Shown in pieces: positions 1-8,486 of a stretch of DNA of 64,000 nucleotides; positions within the stretch are counted from its first letter, which is position 1; every line of letters starts with the position of its first letter. Location of the stretch: the NCBI RefSeq assembly GCF_016798325.1, contig NZ_JAERVO010000003.1, positions 455,608-519,607 of the forward strand. Direction: 5' to 3'. The DNA is from Marinobacter mangrovi (GTDB lineage: Bacteria > Pseudomonadota > Gammaproteobacteria > Pseudomonadales > Oleiphilaceae). Under the pieces are notes generated by a model, which was not told the origin of the DNA, searched no databases, and saw nothing but the letters and a program-made list of their open reading frames with translations. Both the position numbers and the translations under genes were made by a program.

Positions 1-1409
1 CCTACGCGTTGATGCACGAAGCCAATGCGGCCGACCTGGACAGCCAGCGCAGCGACTACGAACACTACGACTACCCGGGCCGCTTCAAGGGCGATGCCTC
101 CGGCCAGCCCTACACCGAAGCGAGACTGGACAGCCTGCGCAAGGACGCCAGCCTCGGAAGTGGCGAGAGCAACCGCCCGGACTTCAGCGCCGGGGCCAAG
201 GTCACCCTCTCCGGCCACAGCACCGACAGCCTCAACCGGGACTGGCTGATCACCACCGTCAAACACACCGGCAAGCAGCCCCAGGCGCTGGAAGAGGAAG
301 GCGGTTCCGAGCCCACCACCTACAGCAACACCTTCAAGAGTGTGCCGGGGGATACCGCCTGGCGGCCGGAGCCGCCCGCCAGACCGATCATGGACGGCCC
401 GCAGATCGCCATCGTCACCGGACCCCAAGGTGAAGAAATCCACTGCGACGAGCACGGCCGGGTCAAGGTCCGGTTCCCCTGGGACCGTTACAGCCAGAAC
501 GACGAACACAGCAGCGCCTGGCTGCGGGTCAGCCAGGGCTGGGCCGGGGGCAGCTACGGCTTCATGGCGTTACCCCGCATCGGCCACGAGGTCATCGTCT
601 CCTTCCTCGATGGCGATCCGGACCAGCCGATCATCACCGGGCGCACCTACCACGCCACCAACACGCCGCCGTATGCGCTGCCGGAGCACAAGACCCGCAC
701 GACCTTAAAGACCCAGACCCACAAGGGCGAGGGCAGCAACGAACTGCGCTTCGAGGACGAGGCGGACAAGGAACAGATCTACGTCCACGCCCAGAAGGAC
801 CTGGACCTGCTGACCGAGAACGACCGCACCGAGGTGGTCCACAACAACAGCCACCTGACCGTCGACAACGACCGCTACGCCCACATCCAGGCCAACGACC
901 ACAGCACCATCGATGGGGAGAAGCGGGAGAAGGTGTGCCAGGACCACAGCTTCGACGTCACCGGAACGATCCACCTCAAAGCCGGCAGCGCCTGGCTCAG
1001 CGAATCCGGACAGGAACTGCACATCAAGGCGGGCCAGAAAGCCGTCATCGAAGCCGGCGCCGAAATCACCCTCAAAGGCGGCGGCAGCTTCGTCAAGATC
1101 GACCCCAGCGGCGTGGCCCTGAGTGGTCCGGCGATTAACCTCAATGCGGGTGGTTCGGCGGGGAGTGGATCGGGGCAGGGCGTTAAGGTGCCGGACGCGC
1201 CCCAGACCCTGGAAGCGCATAAGGGCGAGAAGGTCGAGCCCGAGGTTCTGGCTGAAGTCGGTCAACGCCCTGTGGCCAAGCCCGTGGTCATACACCGCCT
1301 TAAACAGGCGCGAATTCAACGCTCAGCTTTGGTGGAGCAATGCCAGGAGCAGCCCGATGGTACCTGCCCTCTGAGTGACTGCCCTTGCGGCAAGTCTTCA
1401 GTCGTATAG
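1..1409 (+). CDS. vgrG: T6SS spike protein VgrG, C-terminal portion (5' end lies upstream of window)
   Basis: ORF 9..1409 open to window edge; VgrG C-terminal region with 'GRTYHATNTPPYALP', 'LRFEDEADKEQIYVHAQKDLDL' and later VgrG-like repeats; Gly/Ser-rich tail. Confidence 0.85.
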   Translation, partial: YALMHEANAADLDSQRSDYEHYDYPGRFKGDASGQPYTEARLDSLRKDASLGSGESNRPDFSAGAKVTLSGHSTDSLNRDWLITTVKHTGKQPQALEEEGGSEPTTYSNTFKSVPGDTAWRPEPPARPIMDGPQIAIVTGPQGEEIHCDEHGRVKVRFPWDRYSQNDEHSSAWLRVSQGWAGGSYGFMALPRIGHEVIVSFLDGDPDQPIITGRTYHATNTPPYALPEHKTRTTLKTQTHKGEGSNELRFEDEADKEQIYVHAQKDLDLLTENDRTEVVHNNSHLTVDNDRYAHIQANDHSTIDGEKREKVCQDHSFDVTGTIHLKAGSAWLSESGQELHIKAGQKAVIEAGAEITLKGGGSFVKIDPSGVALSGPAINLNAGGSAGSGSGQGVKVPDAPQTLEAHKGEKVEPEVLAEVGQRPVAKPVVIHRLKQARIQRSALVEQCQEQPDGTCPLSDCPCGKSSVV

Positions 1410-1421
1410 GCGAGGGCGATC

Positions 1422-1985
1422 ATGAAACCAAAGCTGAACAGCAAGACTGTATTCGTCATTATCGAGGGTCATCCGAAGCGGCCTGTTCTGCCAGGACTGT
1501 ATGACCTTGAGCCGCAGCCCCATTGGCAGTACCTGTTTGCGGATACGGAGTGGGCCTCCTACCAATCGGAAAGCCCTTTAGTGATAAAGATCGATGCCGG
1601 CTCACCGTTTTTGCGAAGCGTTATAGATGATATGCAAAGCCCGGAAGGCTGGCGTGGTCTGATCCTGGAGTCGCAGGACGATTTCGATACCGTATTGTCC
1701 TGGGCCCGGCAACGACTGACCGTCGTCTTCGACCCACCTCGAACCGGACTGCTGCGCTACTACGACCCACTGATTTGGCACGCTCTCTGTACAACCGGAG
1801 AAAGGATAGGGGAGACCATCCAGCACGGGCACTACTGGGTGGAAGACGTGGAATCAGGGGCATGGCACTCGTTGGAATATCCGGAGCCGGTAGCCGACCC
1901 TACCAGACCCAGCCTGAGTTCGTCGCAGCTTCAGGCGATTACAGTTCTAGCAAGTCGCCGCAACAACGGCCAGCCTCGCAGTTAA
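1422..1985 (+). CDS. DUF4123-family T6SS effector adaptor/chaperone (Tap/Tec-like)
   Basis: 187 aa directly after vgrG; motifs matching DUF4123 ('SPLVIKI', 'WARQRL', 'LRYYDPLIW'); canonical position between vgrG and cargo effector. Confidence 0.7.
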   Translation: MKPKLNSKTVFVIIEGHPKRPVLPGLYDLEPQPHWQYLFADTEWASYQSESPLVIKIDAGSPFLRSVIDDMQSPEGWRGLILESQDDFDTVLSWARQRLTVVFDPPRTGLLRYYDPLIWHALCTTGERIGETIQHGHYWVEDVESGAWHSLEYPEPVADPTRPSLSSSQLQAITVLASRRNNGQPRS

Positions 1986-1997
1986 AGGAAGACAAGG

Positions 1998-4900
1998 ATG
2001 TCAGAAAACCAAACGAACCAAGCTTCAGCCAGCACTGGCCCAGCCTGTGAAGGCGAGAACCTGATCATTGAAGTCATTGGTAAGAACCATCCTGAGGGTC
2101 AGTCATTTCGTCTTTTCGACACCACGAATATGGTTCAGCAGGAGTGGTTAGAGAATCAGGTCAAAACGGAAGAGTTGGACGACAGTATTCTCCATGTCTG
2201 GCCTATGAAAGGCGAAGATGACAAAAACGTCTGGTTGGAAATGGCCGCGGATGAAGGCGATCCAATCCGGGTACCGTTCCTGAAGGAGGAGGGGGCTGTC
2301 GAACGACAGTCTGAGCGCCAGAAGCATGTCATTCTCCCGGTAGTGCCGGCGACGTTGATCCAGGGGGTAACCCTGAAGGAAAGTAACCCGGCCCATCACG
2401 TCATGCTGCGTGCAGGATTTCTTTACATATTTCATGAAGGAAAGCTCTGGAGAGAAATTGAAGTCCGAATCTCTGAAAAAGGTGTGACGACTTACCACGA
2501 TGTACCGGTATCGCAGTATCGAGCAGAAGGCGGGTTTGAGTATGGTTCCCGGAAAGCGACGGGCACCGGTCTGACTGAGATTTGGTTGCCTGCTCGCATA
2601 AATGGTGCTTGGCTGGATATACAGGTGGCCTACAGTGAGTTTCAACTGCCTTCCGCCCGTTTGAGGTACTTCGAAAAATCGGGCCGAAATCGCGAAGACC
2701 GGTTCAACTTCATTCATCTTGAGCTTGAAAGGCCAGATACCGAGGAAGGTGAAACGCGTCTGTTTGGCACCGGACCTGATCATGCTTTCCTCGCCGAGAA
2801 TCTCAAACCCCAGCGCCCTCGCAAACCGGCAGTAGAGTGGCAATGTGACCGTCCTGGTCGCTACCTGTGTGACGTTAATGGTGAATATCCCAAAGCAAGT
2901 TGGAATGACGCCAAAACGATTCATCAACGGCAAGAGTCCCAAGAGCTCGAGGACGAGATATACGAGGACGAGCGTCCGGAAATGGGCGCTTTATCGCTTT
3001 GCCTTGAAAGAACCTTGGAAGAACTGGAAAGCAGCAACGACAACGCAGAGGAAGCAAGGCAAGAGGATCAGAGCGATAACGCCGGGTCTTCGGAGCCCTC
3101 ACTCTGGGAATCAGGCGGTCAGTGTGTTCCTGACGCTTTGCAGGATGCACGGGATCGAGGCATTGGATGCATCTCGGTAGACGATGGCATTTATCGTCTA
3201 CGCTATCTTACCCAGCGAAAGTTGATAGCTGACTGGTTCAACAGTGCGGCGGTAAGAAGGGCCAAATGTCGGCCCTATTTCGATTCGGCATTTCTTGTCC
3301 ATTCCACCATCGTGCCTTCCGACTTCGATGGTAAGCCAAACCCTCTCCACAAGTTTATTTCAGAGCTATCTTCGACGGGCCGCAATGAAATTGATCGTTC
3401 GGTTGCGAACTCTGAACGGACGATGGCGCAACGGTATTTTGAGCATCTCCAGCGTGACTTACTGGTCGCCGTTAACAATATTGGAATACAAAGCGCGTTG
3501 ACCGATATGTTTACGTGCGATGGTTTCGACTACGCCGGAGCGTTTCAGTTCGTCAGCGGTATCATGAAGGATCTGGTAAAAGACTCTCGCGAAGCCGATG
3601 CACTGAACCTGCACAAAGGCGACACCTCAGAAAACGATGCAAAGCAATGGTTTCGAGGCTTTTGTCGGGGCGAGAACAGTGCTTCGCTCTTTAGCATTCT
3701 TTTCCCCAAGGCAACTCCCGAAACGCTCGAATCCCCTTACGTTGTGCCAGATGAGCCGGAAGAAAACGATGGCAGCGGTCTGTTTCGCGGGACCGAACTG
3801 GCGAAGCTGGAGAATGCGGACTTGCCCAAAGTTGAAGACGTCCAAACATTTCACGGTCTCGAACTCGTTGCGGCCGCACATGAGGGCGTTTTTACGTCGA
3901 TGCTGGCATTTTACGTGCGGGCCGGTAGTGGGATTCTGATGAATATCCACGGCGAGCTTTGGTCAGCCATTCATGACGCTGAGAAAAAGCTGACCGATGA
4001 CCCTGAGTTCAAGAAGAAGCGCCAGGAGTTGGTCGATCTCGACAAGCAGCTGAACGAAGTCAATGACGAGCGAGGGAACCTCAGAAAACAAAGAGCGGCC
4101 GCCCGGAATACCGTCGCAAGAGTGGATGAACTGTATGAAGAGCTTGGCGAAAAAAAAAGGAACTTGCAGCAAGCCAGGCAAGTAAAGGCAAGACAACTGA
4201 ATGAGATCAATAGCAAGGCTGTAACCGCAAAGATGCGTTTGTACGCGGCGTCTCTCCAACAAATTCGAGCTTCACTCCCCAATTTTTGGGGTGAAATGAC
4301 TTTTGAGCGTCTGTCCAAAGCTCTACAAAGTGATTACTACGTGATCGGCTGGCTGGATGATTTGGGCGATGAATCGAACACCAATCAAGGTGTTCGGGTT
4401 TTTGGTGACATCTTTGATGAAAGCACCGAAGAACGAACGTCCGTCGCATCGACAAATAGAAGACGGGCAAACGCCCAAGGCATTGACTCGGAAGCGCCAG
4501 AAGAAGCGCGGCTTCTGGTTTTACCGAAGAGCGCCAAGGCGGCAAAGGCTCTGCTCGAACTCAGCAGCAAGGAAAGTGCGGTCATCGCGGCAGAGAAGCA
4601 AGCAGAGGCGGCCAAGAAGGCTTTCGTTGAAGGGGGGCACGCTGGTACCAACGCTCGGCAGCGTCTTCAAACTGCAACTGAACAACTTGATGAGGCAAAT
4701 AAAAAGTTCAAGGAGCTTACATCACGCATGGGGTCGCTGCGGGAGGATGTAGATGCCCCTCAAAAGGTCATTGCCGAGACGAAGGGTGGGGTGGCATATC
4801 GCTCTTTGAACACGCCTGTTTTACCTGCGTTTGTGATGTTGGTAGAAGTTTATAATTTTTCTGCCAACTATAGCAGTTACGACGCCCTAGAAAGGAAGCG

Positions 4901-6062
4901 AGGCGTAATAAGAGCTTTCGGGGGGCTAGGAAGTGCTGCATACGATTTAACTCTTACCGCAAGTATACTCGCAGAGCGATTTCAGAATGCGATACCCAAA
5001 CAGCTTGGCCGAACGAGTCGATTAGTTACTGCGATGTCTGCGAAGCTGGATAAGGAGGTTAGCGGTCGAATAGGCTTATTACTAGCGAGGTTGGCAGGCG
5101 GACCGGTTGTGATGAGAGCGGCGCTTGGTGCAGCAGGTGCTTTGGCTACCGGTTTTATATTTCTGTCCGACGCCTTCCATGCTTTTGATATGGGGAACAC
5201 AGGGGTTGGCATTGGTTACAGTTTGCTTGCAGCAGGCAGTTTTGCGATGGCCATCAGTAGTGTTGGGGCCACTCTTCTGTTTATCGGCCCCTTAGGGTGG
5301 ATGGCGATCGGCATTGCTCTATCCATTGCTGGAGCACTTGGCGTTTGGTGGTTCAGCGAAGACCCCATAGAGACCTGGATGAGTCAGGGGCCGTTTGGCG
5401 ATTCAACGGAGCTGTCTTTTCTTAAAGACCCTGACGAGTCGTACTACCGGTTGATTAGCCTGTTAATGGGCGTGCGAATCTCTTGGGAGTCCAACCAGAA
5501 ACGAGCCGAGGTGCTTAAGGGCACCATTGAGAGCGAAGGCAAGCTGCTGGAAGCGCAACTTGAAGCCGATTCCTGCCTACGGATTGAGAGTCCCATTCCC
5601 GGTTTGTTCGAGGATTCAGAGAAGAAAAGATTGGATGCTTACTTGCGTCTTGTAGAAAAAGTTGATGCGCACGTTGAATCCAGCCCTTCTGAAAAAACTG
5701 GGAGAGGTCGGTTTGAGTTGCCGCCAGGACAACGCCTTATTGAGGGCGAAGAATTGAAAAAGTACGCCTTGTTCAGGGAGAAGATAGATAACGGATGGTT
5801 GGTTTATTTAAAGACTCCCAAGCCTCATAGAGTTGAAAAGAAAAGCTGGTTCGGAGGCACGCGAACAAACTTGTATACCTATGCGTGGAGCGTAAGGGCT
5901 CAGATTCATGTTCAGGACGATGGGCGTGATGTGGTGTTCCCGGCACCGCCACCGGACGATCCGTTGACATATGATAAGGCTGATCCGGAGCATACAACGC
6001 CAGATTTTTCAGAAACAGATAAAGACTTTTGGTTCGATGAACAGGTTAATCAAGATGGATGA
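1998..6062 (+). CDS. Large T6SS cargo effector (1354 aa), VasX-like: MIX-like motif, central coiled coil, C-terminal glycine-zipper transmembrane cluster, conserved about 70-aa tail
   Basis: Follows vgrG + DUF4123; 'LRAGFLYIF' fits the hRxGhhYhh MIX core (nt 2406-2432); Lys/Glu/Gln-rich coiled coil about 3960-4750; hydrophobic Gly/Ala-rich helices about 5064-5355; last 70 aa recur as remnants at 17569-17797 and 43334-43540. Confidence 0.6.
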   Translation: MSENQTNQASASTGPACEGENLIIEVIGKNHPEGQSFRLFDTTNMVQQEWLENQVKTEELDDSILHVWPMKGEDDKNVWLEMAADEGDPIRVPFLKEEGAVERQSERQKHVILPVVPATLIQGVTLKESNPAHHVMLRAGFLYIFHEGKLWREIEVRISEKGVTTYHDVPVSQYRAEGGFEYGSRKATGTGLTEIWLPARINGAWLDIQVAYSEFQLPSARLRYFEKSGRNREDRFNFIHLELERPDTEEGETRLFGTGPDHAFLAENLKPQRPRKPAVEWQCDRPGRYLCDVNGEYPKASWNDAKTIHQRQESQELEDEIYEDERPEMGALSLCLERTLEELESSNDNAEEARQEDQSDNAGSSEPSLWESGGQCVPDALQDARDRGIGCISVDDGIYRLRYLTQRKLIADWFNSAAVRRAKCRPYFDSAFLVHSTIVPSDFDGKPNPLHKFISELSSTGRNEIDRSVANSERTMAQRYFEHLQRDLLVAVNNIGIQSALTDMFTCDGFDYAGAFQFVSGIMKDLVKDSREADALNLHKGDTSENDAKQWFRGFCRGENSASLFSILFPKATPETLESPYVVPDEPEENDGSGLFRGTELAKLENADLPKVEDVQTFHGLELVAAAHEGVFTSMLAFYVRAGSGILMNIHGELWSAIHDAEKKLTDDPEFKKKRQELVDLDKQLNEVNDERGNLRKQRAAARNTVARVDELYEELGEKKRNLQQARQVKARQLNEINSKAVTAKMRLYAASLQQIRASLPNFWGEMTFERLSKALQSDYYVIGWLDDLGDESNTNQGVRVFGDIFDESTEERTSVASTNRRRANAQGIDSEAPEEARLLVLPKSAKAAKALLELSSKESAVIAAEKQAEAAKKAFVEGGHAGTNARQRLQTATEQLDEANKKFKELTSRMGSLREDVDAPQKVIAETKGGVAYRSLNTPVLPAFVMLVEVYNFSANYSSYDALERKRGVIRAFGGLGSAAYDLTLTASILAERFQNAIPKQLGRTSRLVTAMSAKLDKEVSGRIGLLLARLAGGPVVMRAALGAAGALATGFIFLSDAFHAFDMGNTGVGIGYSLLAAGSFAMAISSVGATLLFIGPLGWMAIGIALSIAGALGVWWFSEDPIETWMSQGPFGDSTELSFLKDPDESYYRLISLLMGVRISWESNQKRAEVLKGTIESEGKLLEAQLEADSCLRIESPIPGLFEDSEKKRLDAYLRLVEKVDAHVESSPSEKTGRGRFELPPGQRLIEGEELKKYALFREKIDNGWLVYLKTPKPHRVEKKSWFGGTRTNLYTYAWSVRAQIHVQDDGRDVVFPAPPPDDPLTYDKADPEHTTPDFSETDKDFWFDEQVNQDG

Positions 6063-7110
6063 TGCGCCGGCAATGACAGGTGGGGATGGTCTTTATTATG
6101 GGAATGCAGCCTACCATCCGGAAAAGCTACCAAAGCAGCGACCGCAACTCTTGGATCCCAATCAGTCGGCTTTAAAGCGCATGGCGTCAGCCCGGTTGCC
6201 GTGGGGACATGCCGACAACGTCGTCCCTGACCGAGTCTTCTCAGTCGCTACCCCAAAGGCTCTGCGTGAAATTGAGCGACATGGCAGTCTGTTGGACAAT
6301 ATTGATGATCAAGGGGAAATGGATCATGAGTGCTTTCGCTTTGCGCCGTTAGCGAAAAGGGTTCAGATACTGGATTTGATGGAGGGTCTATCTAAGCTTG
6401 CTGTTAAAATTTTGGTTCCACTTACGATCGTTACGTTGCTATTAGCTTGGTCTGCAACTTCGAACGATGCTTACTGGCAAGATATCATCAATCACTGGTT
6501 TTTTTTCGCGTGTCTGCTTGGGATTCCTGGAGGAATCTGGTTGGTATCGGACTTGCTGATCAAGTACTGTCTCGGCTGGATTCTGAAATCCGGAAAAGGC
6601 CCGATATGGGAGTTCAATCGACGCACGGGCATGGTAACCGTCTGGAAATATCCATTTAAAATCCCGTTTATTCCTCGCGGCAAACCAGAGACCAAGCAGT
6701 TCCCGTTTATAGAGTTCGATGCCTGGGTCAGTGCCCGAGCCGACCGCTACGGCGCTTTGAATCGACTGCGGCTCTTTCATCGGTATAGCCCATGCGAGGT
6801 CGACATCGGAGCGGCTACCGGCGATCACAGCATGCCAGAGTCCTGTTATGCGATGTGGGATTTTATCCAGAACTATATGGACGTCACTCGGCCACTGCCC
6901 GATATCCCCGTGTTGGAACCCCATCGCCACAAGGACCCGGTGACTGTCGAATACGACCGTCGAACCAATCGCCCTGAACGTTATTGGCGTGATATGGACG
7001 ATGAGACATTCAAGGCGTGCGAAAACGAAATGAGCCTCAATGTGCGAATGATGAGCATGCAGAGCCGGGACAATATCATGGCCGGAAAGGTGGTTTACAC
7101 GAGCAGTTAG
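6037..7110 (+). CDS. Cognate immunity protein candidate (family A1), two TM helices + conserved C-terminal domain; start overlaps effector 3' end
   Basis: ATG 6037 inside the last codons of the effector (stop 6060-6062). N-terminal 'AAYHPEKLP' motif, two TM helices, then 'FIEFDAWVS' and 'YAMWDFIQNYMDVTRPLPDIPVLEPHRHKDPVT' shared by 7 paralogs in the window. The track start 5971 is an upstream extension. Confidence 0.55.
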   Translation: MNRLIKMDDAPAMTGGDGLYYGNAAYHPEKLPKQRPQLLDPNQSALKRMASARLPWGHADNVVPDRVFSVATPKALREIERHGSLLDNIDDQGEMDHECFRFAPLAKRVQILDLMEGLSKLAVKILVPLTIVTLLLAWSATSNDAYWQDIINHWFFFACLLGIPGGIWLVSDLLIKYCLGWILKSGKGPIWEFNRRTGMVTVWKYPFKIPFIPRGKPETKQFPFIEFDAWVSARADRYGALNRLRLFHRYSPCEVDIGAATGDHSMPESCYAMWDFIQNYMDVTRPLPDIPVLEPHRHKDPVTVEYDRRTNRPERYWRDMDDETFKACENEMSLNVRMMSMQSRDNIMAGKVVYTSS

Positions 7111-7145
7111 GTCATGAGCTTTTACTGCAAAGGGTAAAGGGCAGG

Positions 7146-7424
7146 TTAGCAGAACCCTGCTACGCCCTTTGGGACTTCGTACAAAACTACATGGATTTGA
7201 CCCAGCCCTTGCCCGATATCCCGATCTGGGAAGCCTACGGCCACCTGGACCCGGTCACAGCAGAGAACGACCGGCAAACCAATCGCCCGGAACGCTACTG
7301 GCGCGATATGGACGACGACACCTTCAAGGCCTGTGAGCGCGAGATGCACTATCGAGTCCACGCACTGCGCACCCTGAGCCGACCGAACATCATGGCCGAG
7401 AAGACGGTTTACGCGAGCTACTAG
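7146..7424 (+). pseudogene. 3' fragment (about 90 codons) of a displaced A1-type immunity gene
   Basis: From 'EPCYALWDFVQNYMD...' to '...KTVYASY*', near-identical to the C-termini of 17772..18848 and 43515..44588; no matching N-terminus; junction with upstream gene at 7111-7150. Confidence 0.6.
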
Positions 7425-7475
7425 CCGTTACACGGTTAATCGTTGAGTGGTTTCCCAGGGAAGGGAAACTGAAAT

Positions 7476-7511
7476 GCAAGCAAACCCTTAATTCACCACA
7501 AGGACCGTGAA
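7476..7511 (+). repeat. Conserved leader 'gcaagcaaacccttaattcaccacaaggaccgtgaaatgcc' preceding ligase gene (copy 1 of 4)
   Basis: Same about 36-40 nt ending at the ligase ATG, also at 10679-10704, 17038-17072 and 44640-44675. Confidence 0.8.
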
Positions 7512-8435
7512 ATGCCCACCCCGCTGTACCAGCGCTGGCTGCCAATTCTGTTTGGCCTCGCCCTGCTATTCCCCGCTTCCGAACTCCACGCCGAAAAACC
7601 ACAACTCACCCTGGCCCAGGTCTACGAAAAGGGCGATGCCCTCAAAGGCTACTGGGTCAGCGAAAAACTCGACGGTGTGCGGGCCTACTGGGACGGTGAG
7701 CACCTGATTTCGCGTCAGGGCCATGCGTTTCATCCGCCGACCTGGTTTACCCGGGATTTTCCGGAGGTACCTCTGGATGGCGAGCTGTGGATGGGACGCG
7801 GGACCTTTTCCGAGCTGTCCGGGGTGGTGCGCAAGCTGGAGCCGGTGGACAGCGAGTGGCGGCAGGTGCATTACGAGATTTTTGATCTGCCCGGGAGTGA
7901 TCGCCCGTTTTCGGAGCGGGTGGCGCGCATGCGGTCGCTGCTCAAGCCTTCGCCATCACCCTACCTCGTTATGATCGAACAGACGCCGGCAACCACGCGG
8001 GCGGCGTTGATGGCGCGTCTGGACGAGGTGGTTGATGAGGGCGGTGAAGGGCTGATGCTACATCGTGGCGGTGCCCTGTATGAAGCCGGTCGCTCGGACG
8101 ATTTGCTGAAGGTGAAGCGGTATCAGGATGCCGAGGCCACGGTGGTGGGCTATTCGCCGGGGCAGGGGAAATACGAGGGCATGCTGGGCGCACTGGTGGT
8201 GGAGCGTTCCGATGGCCGCCGGTTCAAGCTGGGTAGCGGGTTCAGTGATGAGCAGCGTGCGGATCCTCCGGCGATCGGGGCGACGGTGACTTACAAATAT
8301 TATGGGCTGACGTCGACCGGATTACCGCGGTTCGCGAGTTTTATGCGGGTCCGGAATGAAGAGCCGGTCGGAAATGGGGGCAGACTCTGCGCGGCATTCT
8401 GTTCGACAAAGTCGCCACATGATGCTGCTCGATGA
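7512..8435 (+). CDS. Periplasmic ATP-dependent DNA ligase, LigE-like (copy 1, intact)
   Basis: N-terminal signal peptide 'LPILFGLALLFPASELHA'; motif I 'KLDGVRAYWDG' (KxDG adenylation lysine), 'EGLMLH', 'LLKVKR'; about 300 aa, typical of signal-peptide-bearing minimal ligases. Confidence 0.75.
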   Translation: MPTPLYQRWLPILFGLALLFPASELHAEKPQLTLAQVYEKGDALKGYWVSEKLDGVRAYWDGEHLISRQGHAFHPPTWFTRDFPEVPLDGELWMGRGTFSELSGVVRKLEPVDSEWRQVHYEIFDLPGSDRPFSERVARMRSLLKPSPSPYLVMIEQTPATTRAALMARLDEVVDEGGEGLMLHRGGALYEAGRSDDLLKVKRYQDAEATVVGYSPGQGKYEGMLGALVVERSDGRRFKLGSGFSDEQRADPPAIGATVTYKYYGLTSTGLPRFASFMRVRNEEPVGNGGRLCAAFCSTKSPHDAAR

Positions 8436-8486
8436 GAGCAATACATCGCAATTCATGTGTCTGGTCCTGAGTGGTAAAGGAGTTTT

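Noticed and set aside
2148-2942. Long antisense ORFs (e.g. 2148..2942 -, 10012..10518 -, 31451..32872 -, 48857..49441 -, 55242..57587 +, 49790..50476 -)
   Set aside because: These lie opposite well-supported genes in a high-GC sequence, where stop-free antisense frames are expected by chance. They have no motifs and are rich in Arg/Pro/Gly, as in shadow ORFs.
5971-6036. Longer N-terminus for the immunity gene as given by the ORF track (start 5971)
   Set aside because: The orphan cassettes at 17.7 kb and 43.5 kb conserve only the ATG inside the effector's last codons, not the upstream extension. The extension lies wholly within the effector coding frame.
7017-7424. 135-aa ORF with its own ATG
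   Set aside because: The first 45 codons have no homology and overlap the end of 6037..7110; only the last about 90 codons match A1 genes. Treated as a 3' gene fragment, not an independent gene.
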